NCBI GenBank assembly: GCA_964016885.1
Contig: OZ024741.1
Span: 137,702,001 to 137,766,000 of the forward strand
Length of the DNA stretch: 64,000 nt
Source of the DNA: Eledone cirrhosa
Lineage: Eukaryota
Direction of reading: 5' to 3'
Shown here: positions 27,309 through 39,727 of the stretch, piece after piece
Layout: each line of letters opens with the position of its first letter
Numbering within the stretch: the stretch's first letter is position 1
Position numbers and translations under genes: made by a program
The notes under the pieces: model-generated
The model's input: only the letters and a program-made list of their open reading frames with translations
Told to the model about the DNA's origin: nothing
Database searches by the model: none

Positions 27309-29935
27309 TATGACATTAAACTACATGGGTATGACATTAAACTACATCCAGTGGCAAGGCTCCAGTTCGGGAATTCAGGAGATGTGGGGAATGTGGAGTT
27401 ACCCCTTAGTTGTCATGACTCCCAGGTCTGCCCTGGCCCGGCGTGGTAGTACCTGTTAGGGCTCCATTTATGGGTTAAATAACTACCTTATTCGAGTGGC
27501 GCCGGTAAGGTATTGTCAGCCATTGAAAAGAAATATGGAGAGTCGATCTAACAGCACTAGGGTTAGAGCCCCTAATTACACTGTCAAGGAGCAGCCTGGT
27601 CGTTATGACTCTGCTGGCTTAGAGCCACAGAGTGGGCCAGTGGATGATGGATCAGCTGTCTCTGAGACAAATATAAAGAATGCAGTTTTGTCCTGCAGAA
27701 GAGCCATCAAAATGGGCACTTTGAATGTGAGGACTATTCGGACGCTGGAGAAGAGAGAGGAGTTGGGACATCTGTTCGAGGAGAGTGGTATACAGATACT
27801 TGCGATCCAAGAACACAGGATTCTACACGATGAGCCCGTGAGGAGTGTGATGATCGGGAAGAAGAGCCAGCTCATTACTACATCGGCAGTGAAGAACACA
27901 ACAAATGCTGCAGTAGGAGGAGTGGGTTTTGTGTTCAGTGCAAAAACCAATCTGTTGGTGAAGGAAATAAGGCCTATCTCCCCGCGAGTGTTGAGGGTGA
28001 CCTTCAATGGAAACCCAAGACTGACAGTCATCTCAGCCTATAGTCCAACCGAGAGGGACAGTGATGTGAATGTGGAAGAGTTCCATGAGGAGGTGTGTAG
28101 AGCTGTCAACACCACTCAGGCACACACTATCCTGCTTGTTTTGGGGGACTTCAATGCGGGTCAGAGAGGAGGAACTGATAGAGAAGATCAGAAGTGTGGA
28201 GAGAGCGGATGACAGATCTGGATGTAAGGAGAGCTGGATGATCATCAGCGAGATCACAGGGAGGAAGAGAAGGTGTTCGAGTCAGATCCAGGGAACGGGG
28301 CCCGAGGATAGGAAGAGGAAATGGCTAGACCATTTTAGGAGCCTACTAGGAGAGCCACCCTCCACAGCCCAGAGCACTGGGGGAGATCAGGCGCCTGTTT
28401 GAGGAACTGGATGTTGAGACAGAGCGCCCTTCACCAGAGAGGAGCTTCAGAGAGCCAAGAAGACGATCAAGGAGGGCAAGGCTCATGGAGAAGATAGAGT
28501 GGCATCAGAGGTGATGAAGAGGTGTGATTTTGATGATATCATCCTGGGGTTCTGTAACGGGGCACTGGAGAAAGGAGTTGCCCCGAATCAGTGGAGGATC
28601 AGTAACATCGTCCCAGTGCCAAAGAAGGGAGATCTCTCTAACACCAACAACTACCGAGGGATCTCACTGACGTCACTTGTGGCAAAGACCCTCAACAGGA
28701 TGATTCTTAACAGGATCCAGCCTGATGGAGAAGAAGCTCAGGGACAACCAGAACAGCTTCAGAGAGGGTAGATCAACCACCAGTCACATCCTGATGCTGA
28801 GGAGGATATTAGAGGGAGCTAGAGCAAAGTGCCTTCCTGCGGTCATGGTTTTCATTGACTTTAAGAAGGCCTTTGATTCTGTGGACCGTTACTGCCCGAT
28901 GAAGATCTTACAGGCTTATGGAATCCCCAAGAAGATAGTGGACCTGATATCACTGCTCTACACCAACACCAAAGCCCAAGTCATTACACCTGATAGGATG
29001 ACAGAGTTCTTTGAGATACTGGCTGGAGTGCTCCAGGGAGATACATTGGCTCCCTACCTTTTTATCATCGTAGTGGACTATTGTATGCGTCTTGCACTGG
29101 AGAAACACCAGGACTCTGGCTTTACTGTAGCACCGGCTCAGAGCAGGAGAGTTAGGGCGAAAAAGGTATCGGATGCTGGATTTGCCGACGACAGTTTTGG
29201 TGACAAACACAGTGAAGGAGGCAGAGGATTTGATGCGGGAGGTTGAGACTGTGTCGATGAGTGTGGGGCTGAGAATGAATGAGACTAAAACAAAATATCT
29301 GGTAGAGAATGTTGAGAAGCCAGAGGGGATCACTAATGTAGGCGGGAAGCCGCTGGAATTGGTTGAGGACTTCCTGTATTTGGGAGCAAAGATGGGAATA
29401 CGGAAGATGATGTGGTTGAGAGGAAGAGCAAGGCCTGGGCGGCGTGCCACAGCTTGAGATCGGTGTGGAAGTCGGACCTTCGTAGAGACCTGAAAATCCG
29501 CCTCTTCATTGCTGTAGTGGAGTCTGTGCTGCTGTATGGGTCTGAGACTTGGACACTGACCAAGAAACTCACTCAGATGGTCGATGGGTGCTACACGAGA
29601 ATGCTGAGGATGGCTCTGAAAATTAATCAGTATACACTGAGGATGAAAAACTCAGAGATGTATGGGAGCATCCCAAAAGTCAGCTCAAAAGTGACACAGA
29701 GGAGACTGAGGTTAGCTGGACATGCTCACCGACATCCAGAGTTGACATTGCACTCAGTACTCCTTTGGGAGCCGCTACATGGACACACTAGAAGAGGAAG
29801 ACCAAGGTTAACGTATGTTGATGCCCTAAGGACAGACACTGGTCTGTTGGAGATACAAGGACATGGCAGCGATAATGAGGGACAGAGACCGCTGGAGAGA
29901 ACTCGTCCATGGATCTCGGGAATTTTACCCGCCTT
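27309..29935 (+). mobile_element. RTE-group LINE (RTE/RTEX/Proto2-like) with internal deletion and frameshifts
   Basis: APE motifs GTLNVRT, LAIQEHR, GGVGF, SAYSPT, LGDFNA. RT motifs YRGISLTS, FIDFKKAFDSV, GVLQGDTLAPYLF, FADD, FLYLG, ESVLLYGSETW. The C-terminal half of APE is missing after ~28158. Confidence 0.9.
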
Positions 29936-29936
29936 A

Positions 29937-30221
29937 GATATATATTGGTAAACGGAAAAGAAAATGCTGACAAATTGTTCACAGTGAAAAATAGTTTAAT
30001 TAGGAATAAGTGAGAATTAGTAATAGTATTGGTTAGTATTCAGTTTTGGTTTTAAGTTTTAAAATTATTTTTGAAAAGCATTAGAAATGCGCAACTGGTA
30101 AAACTTAAAACCAAAACTGAATACTAACCAATACTATTACCAATTCTCACTTATTCCTAATTAAACTATTTTTCACTGTGAACAATTTGTCAGCATTTTC
30201 TTTTCCGTTTACCAATATATC
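29937..30221. repeat. Fold-back element (arms ~122 bp) with decayed HHR-like motif
   Basis: Arms 29937-30060 / 30100-30221. CTGACAA-attgt-tc-acagt-GAAA at 29967-29989. Confidence 0.85.
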
Positions 30222-30250
30222 ATAACGTGTGTGTTACACCTCTATTCTTT

Positions 30251-30340
<90 letters not shown>

Positions 30341-30446
30341 CATATATATATCTCTCTCTCTATATATATATATCTATATCTATGTATATAAACATATATA
30401 TACATACACATAATACATATAATACATATAATATATATATATACAC

Positions 30447-30481
<35 letters not shown>

Positions 30482-30483
30482 AA

Positions 30484-31405
<922 letters not shown>

Positions 31406-31419
31406 AATTAAAACAAGAA

Positions 31420-31459
<40 letters not shown>

Positions 31460-31520
31460 AAATCAGGATTGATTTAGTTTGAAACTCGGGTTAGTGGAGG
31501 ATTGTTATGTTACAAAGAGT

Positions 31521-31619
31521 CGGGACCACGACGACGAGTTAGCTCTTGCCATTTCAACAGCTGGTTCCAGACTCCTGTACCAACTGTTGAAACGGCAAGA
31601 ACCAAGCCGTCGGGGCCCC
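31521..31619 (-). ncRNA. Long strand-asymmetric RNA hairpin (pre-miRNA-like candidate)
   Basis: Minus strand ttggttcttgccgtttcaacagttggt pairs continuously (27 bp, 4 G-U) with accagctgttgaaatggcaagagctaa. An outer stem ggggccccgacggc / gtcgtcgtggtccc extends it. Confidence 0.45.
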
Positions 31620-32153
31620 TACTTTTTATAATATTATATATATGCATACGTATATATATATATATATATATACACACAAACACACACGCCCCCCCACATA
31701 TATATATGTATATGTGTGTGTATGTGTGTGTATATACAACTTTCATTTAAATCTAATTGTGGAAGAAAATATCTACACGCATGTCAAAATTACAAGAACT
31801 TGCTATCTTCACGTTTAATATTTTTAGAGGTTTCTTCTTTTCTCATTCTATTTGATAATATATACAAGAGACACAATTTACGAAGGTTCTAGAACACCAG
31901 AGATTAAACAAAAGAAGTACCAACCAAATAAACTATTAAACAATGAAATAAAACATAAATGATGAAGAACATTGTTTATGAAAAAAAGACATACGAATTA
32001 AAGGTGACAATAGTTTTATGTGTAACAAAGAAACCACAAAGAGAAGCACAATAAATACGCTAGTGAAGGATCTAATTCAATAATCTTTTAATCATGTCTA
32101 AAACAATAGAACTTTACTGAAGTTAGATACGAAACAAAAAGAACAACAAAATT

Positions 32154-32340
32154 TTCTTCTTCTTCTTCTTCTTCTTCTTCTTCTTCTTCTTCTTCTTCTT
32201 CTTCTTCTTCTTCTTCTTCTTCTTCTTCTTCTTCTTCTTCTTCTTCTTCTTCTTCTTCTTCTTCTTCTTCTTCTAGTATCATGCAACCTGATATCAAGAT
32301 GCCTGTATCTTTTTCCATCTTTGCCGTCGGGTGTGGGATA
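32154..32340 (-). repeat. (TTC)n, about 40 units, probably the (AAG)n tail of a short RTE 3' fragment
   Basis: Minus strand ...cggcaaagatggaaaaag...gcatgatact-(aga)n. Confidence 0.55.
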
Positions 32341-32441
32341 GATTGATAGGTAGATAGACATACAGGGGGAGTTATATATGTATTCAAAAATACATATGTG
32401 TATATATGTATATATATATATATATAACCTCTTTAACTTTT

Positions 32442-32550
<109 letters not shown>

Positions 32551-33020
32551 ATGTATGTATGTATGCATGTATGTATGTATGTATGTATGTATGTATGTAT
32601 GTATGTATGTATGTATGTATACATATGTATATATTCAGGAGAGAGACCTAACTATCAATATAATCGAATTTCTGAAATTTCCTCAATCAACTATCATGGT
32701 GTTTTCTATTATTTCTAAAATGTTTGAAATTGTTCACTTCTAATCTTGAAATTTTACTTCAAATCTACACAAACGTGGACATATACATACTCATACATAT
32801 AGGCACTATATACATAAGCACAAACACACATCATACACACATACACATACAGAGCCTCATACATTATTAAACACAATTTCCAATTTTCACAAGTTTTATT
32901 GAAATTATATGTGTCTGGCGGGAAGGATTAACTCAGTCTGTCAGCGGTGCGGTTCAACGATACTTACGTCTGTGTCAGTGAACGGTGTCTCTGGTATGCC
33001 ATATATTGCGAGACCACTAT

Positions 33021-33300
33021 GAAGGTACGTGGCTTAGCTGTTCTGGTGTTTGGCTCAAAATCGTAAGATCACGAGTTTGATTCCCAGTGAAAGGGCGTAT
33101 CGCTTAGCTGCGTACTTTATTTTACAGTGTTCCTGTCCACCCCGGTGGGAACCAAATGAATTGTACATGTATTACACTGTGTTACGCTAAATGCCCCTGA
33201 GAAATATGTTAATTGCAAATGTGTTTGTGAAGATATGAGCCATTTTGCACATTAATTTACAAGCAAGCTGTTCCCTTGATCAAACAGCTAAATCAATAAT
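33021..33300 (+). mobile_element. tRNA-derived SINE, decayed
   Basis: gaaggtacgtggcttag...gagtttgattccc...tactttattttacagtgttcctgtccac, homologous to 2873-3130. Confidence 0.55.
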
Positions 33301-34051
33301 CATCAGAACCAATGTGTGGCAAAAGTTAATTAATACCTGAAATATCCGGAGTCTCCTCACATAAATTTCATTGATCCTCTAGTTTATGCGCCCGTCTGTC
33401 CTTAAATCACAAAGAACACTAAAAGGAATTCATTTGGGATTCTTAGTCAAAGTGATATTGATTCTAATGCAGCATTTGAATGGTTATTCATTCTATCGCC
33501 CCATGGACGGATAAAAAATAAAATTTGACCATAACTTAATTTGATAATCACTGAATGTAAATACACATCGACATTAATTAGAAGATGAAAAGTAACGTAA
33601 ATGGACATATTTATCATTTAATATCATCTCAGTAATATGAGTCGTTGAAGAAGAGTGAACATGCTAGTAAAGTGTTGAAATATATTAGTACGTAAGATAC
33701 ATGTAGAGGGAAAGTTACATATGTATAAAAAACAAACATATTTGCATATATATCTATAAACAGTGTGCATATATACATGTATATATATATACGGAAAAAA
33801 TGAAATGAAATTTCATTTCCCACTCTTAGTACGGCTGTTACTTAAATATAAGTATGTACACGTACATACATATATGTATACAGACGTACAGTAGTATGTA
33901 TATATATATACATACATGCACAAATATATATATGTACGTATGGATTCACCGAACATTCATTAATGCTCGGTGTGTTTGGAAACAAACATCCCGTATTAAG
34001 CCGTAGTGTCCAGCAACCATCGTTGCTCGTTTGTTCAACACTGACAAAGGA

Positions 34052-34094
34052 ACGCTATACTAGTTTCAAGCTTATTAGCTATCGTCAGCAACGT
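34052..34094 (-). ncRNA. Minimal type I hammerhead ribozyme (family A)
   Basis: acgttg-CTGACGA-tagctaataagctt-GAAA-ctag-TA-tagcgt. Confidence 0.8.
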
Positions 34095-34332
34095 ATACCT
34101 TCCTGCCAGATTGTTAAACGTATATACTTACCTTATGCATATTAACGGCTAAGTAGCCTAATTTGCATATCGAGTGGGTTAATCGGCCGGGTGCACCGAA
34201 AACGATAAACGGAAAAAATGAAACGAAATTTCATTTCCCACTCTTAGTACGGCTGTTACTTAAATATAAGCTACTCAGCCGTTAATATGCATATGGTAAG
34301 TATATACGTTCAATAATCTGGCAGGAAGGTAT

Positions 34333-34375
34333 ACGTTGCTGACGATAGCTAATAAGCTTGAAACTAGTACAACAT
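34333..34375 (+). ncRNA. Minimal type I hammerhead ribozyme (family A)
   Basis: acgttg-CTGACGA-tagctaataagctt-GAAA-ctag-TA-caacat. Confidence 0.8.
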
Positions 34376-34573
34376 TCCTTTGTCAGTGTTGAACAAACGA
34401 GCAACGATGGTTGCTGGACACTACGGCTTAATACGGGATGTTTGTTTCCAAACACACCGAGCATTATGAATGTTCGGTGAATCCATACGTACATATATAT
34501 ATGTGTGCATGTATGTATATATATATACATACTACTGTACGTCTGTATACATATATGTATGTACGTATACATA

Positions 34574-34608
<35 letters not shown>

Positions 34609-34675
34609 AAGGTTTAGCAAATAATGAAAAAGTTTCAAAATAAATTTTAAAAAATTGACTTTACCTACTATAGTT

Positions 34676-34758
34676 ACCTTTACCGATCGGTTTCGAATCC
34701 CAAAAATAAACGGAGACCATACGGCCTTCGTTGCAAAGAAAGATTCTCGTCAGAAGGT
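34676..34758 (-). ncRNA. Intact type I hammerhead ribozyme with extended stem II
   Basis: acctt-CTGACGA-gaatct-(40 nt incl. ggcc-gtat-ggtc hairpin)-ggattc-GAAA-ccgatcgg-TA-aaggt. All core nucleotides are canonical. It lies in a ~330 bp insert between TA arrays. Confidence 0.9.
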
Positions 34759-34937
34759 TCTTTTCATTCGAAGAATATAAAATTCCTGAATTTAAATTAC
34801 GAACTAGCGCTATCAAAACTGTTCCTGGGATGAGAGTGGATGATGTAGAAGAAACAGGTTTATCAAGGGCCGAAGTAAAGATAGAGCCAGAAGGAGGTAG
34901 GTCAAACCAGTCGGGCGTGAAGGAACACATATCCTAT

Positions 34938-35331
<394 letters not shown>

Positions 35332-35687
35332 TTCTTCTACCTGGAGTTGCGACCGATAGATAGTATTAGCAATTGGAAAGACCAATGGAAACATTGTTTC
35401 CTCGGTCCGATTTGACGAAAGTCGATCGATTAAAAAAAAAATATATATATATATAAATAAATTTATATATATAAATATATATAGTATTAAGGGTACTATT
35501 TATGGTTATGTATGCAATAAAACCTTTGATGGTAATATATTATATATACACAAACCCTAAATAGTGAGAGATAGTCATTAATTACTATCCTATTACCAGT
35601 AAGATAAATAGCTCAGTTGTTTTACAGAGCAGTTATATAGAGATAACAGTAATCAAAGTTCAGTTTAAGTCATTTATTTGCTTACAA

Positions 35688-37553
35688 TTGTTTCCTCCAA
35701 ACCGAGGTTTGGATTCTTCGGAGCAACTATTTATAACATACTTGACCTCCTTTTCAACCCAAGAGACACATAAAACATATGCGCATATTGATCAACAGTG
35801 GTTCAAAAATATCATAGATAACAAGGATAAGAAATTTATTCAATTTGATATCAACTCTTACTACACCTCTATTTCCCCTATCCTACTAAATAAGGCACTT
35901 ATAATGGCCATGGACAATAGTGACTTGACTAGACCCCAGATTGATGTCATACTTGCGGCCCGTAAAACAATAATCACCTTTGAGGACCAATTATGGACCT
36001 GCAAGGATACGCAAAACAACTTCAACATTACTATGGGGTCTAGTGACTCGGCGCAGGTCACTGATTTGGTTGGCCTATACTTACTTAACCTAATCCACAG
36101 GGAACTTCCGTACCTCAGCGGTGGTTTGTATCGCGACGATGCACTTCTACTTATAGACTATAAAAAAATCAATATAGAAAGGACTAGAAAACTATTGCAC
36201 AAAACATTCAAAAACTTTAACCTTATTATTGCCATGGACAAAAACACCAAAAACGTCAACTTCCTAGACGCCACACTCTACTTAGACTCAATGATATATG
36301 CACCCTTCCACAAACCTAATGAAAAACTCATCTACGTAGATACCAAGTCTAACCACCCTAAATCTATATTGAACTCTATCTCTAAGGGAGTATCTAATAG
36401 AATCTCTAATCTATCCTATGACATAAACACATTTAACAATAACTCGCAGTATTATAATCAGGCATTAGCTAGATCAGGCCATAATACAGGGATAGAGTTC
36501 CTACCTACAAAAACACATAGCTACAACATCATTTCACACAACATGTCCATGGGAAAATTTAATAATAGGAATAGCAACTGCACACACACTAATAGGGATT
36601 GTAACAACAAGAGTAACCCGCACGACAGAAATGACCATAGGAACATTAAAGGAAACAAATCACCAGACATAAAAAACAGAAATAGAAGAAGAAATAATAC
36701 ATTTTTCAACCCTCCTTTCAATTTAAACGTCTCTACCAACCTTCCTAAGGCTTTCTTCTCACTACTAGATAAACACTTCCCATCCGGCCACAGGTACCAC
36801 GGCCTTTTAAACAAAAACACTATTAAGATCTCATACTCTACTACGCCTAACATAGCATACCACATAGCTAGTACAAATGACAGAAAAATTAATTCTTACT
36901 TCCAACAAACTAAATCAAAACGGTCGATAAACCTTCAAAATAACATTCAAAATAACAGTCAAAGTAACATTATAACAAATAACCGTAATATCAATGGAAA
37001 TAATAGTAATAGCACTAGTGTAAACATTAACGCTGCGTGCCACAACCCGCATAACCATAACCCTATAGCTAACCTCCAAACTTCTACACAGCATAGTAAC
37101 CGGCAGACTAGCACCCAGAGTAATTGTAACTGTAGATCAAGTAGAACCTGCCCTTTAGATAAAAAGTGCTTAACCAAGGATATCATATACTCATGTACAG
37201 TCACAACTAACAGCTCTTCTGAAACCTACATAGGCTCCACTTCTAACTGCTTCAAAACTAGATACAATTCGCACCTCCACTCTTTCAAAAAACACAGTCT
37301 AGCCAACTCCACTTCACTATCTAGCTACATACACCATCTAAAAACTAAAAATAAAATATATACACTTAAATGGGAAGTGGTAGGTAGTGCAACATCGTAC
37401 AAACCACCTGATAAATTTTGTAACCTCTGTCTACTAGAGACCCATACTATCATCTTCTCTAAACATAATCTCCTTAATAAAAAATCAGAAATGTTCGCAA
37501 ATTGCCAACACCGCTTCCGACACTCGTTCCAAAACTTTAAACCCTATATATAA
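35688..37553 (+). CDS. PLE reverse transcriptase (from motif 3) plus CxCx5C linker plus GIY-YIG endonuclease
   Basis: FIQFDINSYYTSI, ITMGSSDSAQV, LYRDD, VNFLD, SNHP, CNCRSSRTCPLDKKC, IIYSC..TYIGST, CNLC, CQH. The first ~38 codons are the inverted pLTR. Confidence 0.9.
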   Translation: MFPPNRGLDSSEQLFITYLTSFSTQETHKTYAHIDQQWFKNIIDNKDKKFIQFDINSYYTSISPILLNKALIMAMDNSDLTRPQIDVILAARKTIITFEDQLWTCKDTQNNFNITMGSSDSAQVTDLVGLYLLNLIHRELPYLSGGLYRDDALLLIDYKKINIERTRKLLHKTFKNFNLIIAMDKNTKNVNFLDATLYLDSMIYAPFHKPNEKLIYVDTKSNHPKSILNSISKGVSNRISNLSYDINTFNNNSQYYNQALARSGHNTGIEFLPTKTHSYNIISHNMSMGKFNNRNSNCTHTNRDCNNKSNPHDRNDHRNIKGNKSPDIKNRNRRRNNTFFNPPFNLNVSTNLPKAFFSLLDKHFPSGHRYHGLLNKNTIKISYSTTPNIAYHIASTNDRKINSYFQQTKSKRSINLQNNIQNNSQSNIITNNRNINGNNSNSTSVNINAACHNPHNHNPIANLQTSTQHSNRQTSTQSNCNCRSSRTCPLDKKCLTKDIIYSCTVTTNSSSETYIGSTSNCFKTRYNSHLHSFKKHSLANSTSLSSYIHHLKTKNKIYTLKWEVVGSATSYKPPDKFCNLCLLETHTIIFSKHNLLNKKSEMFANCQHRFRHSFQNFKPYI

Positions 37554-39094
37554 TAATGTCAGACTGGAACCGGCACCACCCCTAGCAATTAACATCAGTA
37601 GCACACCTTACACCTCACATCCACACCAATCTCTATACTCTAAAGATAATACTGACAGCATTTTAGTACCACCTACCCTGGGAATACCCCCTTGTACCTC
37701 TAATACTGATATCTCGACCGTGGACTACTTATTCTGCATTGCACAAATATAAGATTAGTATAAATTGGGGACTCGGTACTGGTTGCGATAGCATAGTCCT
37801 GTGCATGGATTACCACCAAGAGATAGATTGATGATTAGATAGATAATCGTATTGTTAAGTGATTATATACTGTAAGCGATCAGTTCATTGAATTATGCAC
37901 GTAATCATCTTGATGTGGACTCCTTTAATACCTATTAATAGACTCCACTCTAGCTTGGAGATGTGATACATAATTGATTTATATTTGAGACGGGGGTTGT
38001 CTATTGCTTGATGGCCAGACTAGTGCATTTATATGAGAGATTGGATCTCCGGACCATACCGAAGATTTACTGGAGATGCAGGCAAGCAATGACCCGGAGC
38101 CTACCGGGTGGCATATATAATAGTGGGACCATACCAGGTCCTACTGTTATATTACATTTGCATGGAGCAGTGACTTGAGAGTCTCACTCCTCTTATAGAA
38201 CGTTCAGATATGACACCCCTTAATTAATGGATGGTAATCATCCTAATATATACACCCTTGTACTTCTTAATGGACAACTCTCTAACCTATAAATGGGTAA
38301 CATACTCTAGATATTAGTTATAACTTCACATGATAGGCACGTATTTGAATCACCATTAATGTAGTTTAGCATAGTAATGTAACTAAGATAACTAGCTAGT
38401 TACCTCCCCTTACGCATTAATTCCCCTTAGTCATTCAGGCACTTCCGGAATCTGGACAGCATGATATATTAATTAAGAACCGACTGGATACGGTTTATAG
38501 CTTGACTATATGCTGAACCACTGCGAATTATACGATAGACGCGTGTTCTCTATATATATATTGCGTCTCATGGATTATGTGAGTGGTGGTGTGAGCAAGG
38601 ACAGTGATACGACCTTGCCTACGATACAATAAGGTTTATAGTATGTTGAAGGTTTTTGATATTTTGGTGTTTCCCCGCATCCGAGACTGTATATCATACA
38701 GATGTATGAGAATAAATGACTTAATAATTCAGCCTATATAATAAGATCGATTGCCTGCTTCAACTGCCTGACCCTGCAAATATCATTCTGACGCACTCTA
38801 ATCATGTATAGATAAGACACGCGTGCATGCTACACGGGAGATTGTTTCATACACTGACTACTCTAAGCTTTCCTCTTGCTTTATCTTCATAGACTGCCAA
38901 CGCTTCATGTTTATCTTTATTTTCACTCTTATTTTCACTCTTGTTTTTATTTTATTTTATTTTTATCCTGTAACCTTTATATGTAAATTGCCATGCTATA
39001 TCATTTGATGAATGTCACCCCACTGTTGATCAATATGCGCATATGTTTTATGTGTCTCTTGGGTTGAAAAGGAGGTCAAGTATGTTATAAATAG

Positions 39095-39143
39095 TTGCTC
39101 CGAAGAATCCAAACCTCGGTTTGGAGGAAACAATTGTAAGCAA
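39095..39143 (+). ncRNA. Hammerhead ribozyme in pLTR (mirror copy at 35678-35726, minus strand)
   Basis: ttgct-CCGAAGA-a-tccaaacc-tc-ggtttgga-g-GAAA-caattg-TA-agcaa. U4C variant, palindromic stem III ACAATTGT. Confidence 0.8.
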
Positions 39144-39727
39144 ATAAATGACTTAAACTGAACTTTGATTACTGTAATCTCTAAATATATATATATATAT
39201 ATATTTGTTCGGAAAAGATTGTTTTGGTAAAAACAGGAGTAAGCAGGAGAAAGCTCTCAACAATCGTTGCTTTTATTTACAATGGAGAATTTTTATAAAA
39301 ATAACAAAATAAGATGCTGAGGTTACATATATCGTTTAATCATTATAATTATGTCCACGGTTCTCCATGCAATCGAGATGTCCTTTATGCATTTGCTGTT
39401 GATTATGAGAACGGTATCCTCAGATGAAAACGAATATGTTTGATATGTCACTGGCAGGAAAAAACACGCGTCCTATTGCTTGTTTGCCCAGCAGACATAT
39501 GAGTTCCTTGAAGGGATTGCCAGCCGTCGTGTTTGCTAGAAAAAGCTATCAACGGAAAAGACGAAAAAATGAAAAACTGTGTGTAGCCAAAACCCAGTAG
39601 ACAGTGGAAGCAATAAATGGAGCTCTGAGGGAGTTTGGGGTATATATTTTGTTGAGAACCACCTATAGACAACAACTACAACAGCAACAAGAACAACAAC
39701 GACAACGACAGCAACAATAATGATAAT

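Larger units (their letters stand above)
33790..34578 (-). mobile_element. Family A HHR element: ~1.15 monomers head-to-tail plus a ~305 bp inverted segment
   Basis: acggaaaaaatgaaa at 33791 and 34209 (period 418). 34273-34578 is inverted. (TA)n on both sides. Confidence 0.9.
35639..39182 (+). mobile_element. Penelope-like element (Hydra-clade-like), 5'-truncated with a 163 bp inverted pLTR
   Basis: Near-identical inverted repeat 35639-35801 / 39020-39182, RT-EN ORF, ~1.5 kb 3' UTR, 3' end abutting (TA)n. Confidence 0.92.

Noticed and set aside
35688-35801. Apparent N-terminus MFPPNRGLDSSEQ... of the 621 aa ORF
   Set aside because: It is the inverted pLTR read through by chance from a non-ATG start, not authentic protein.
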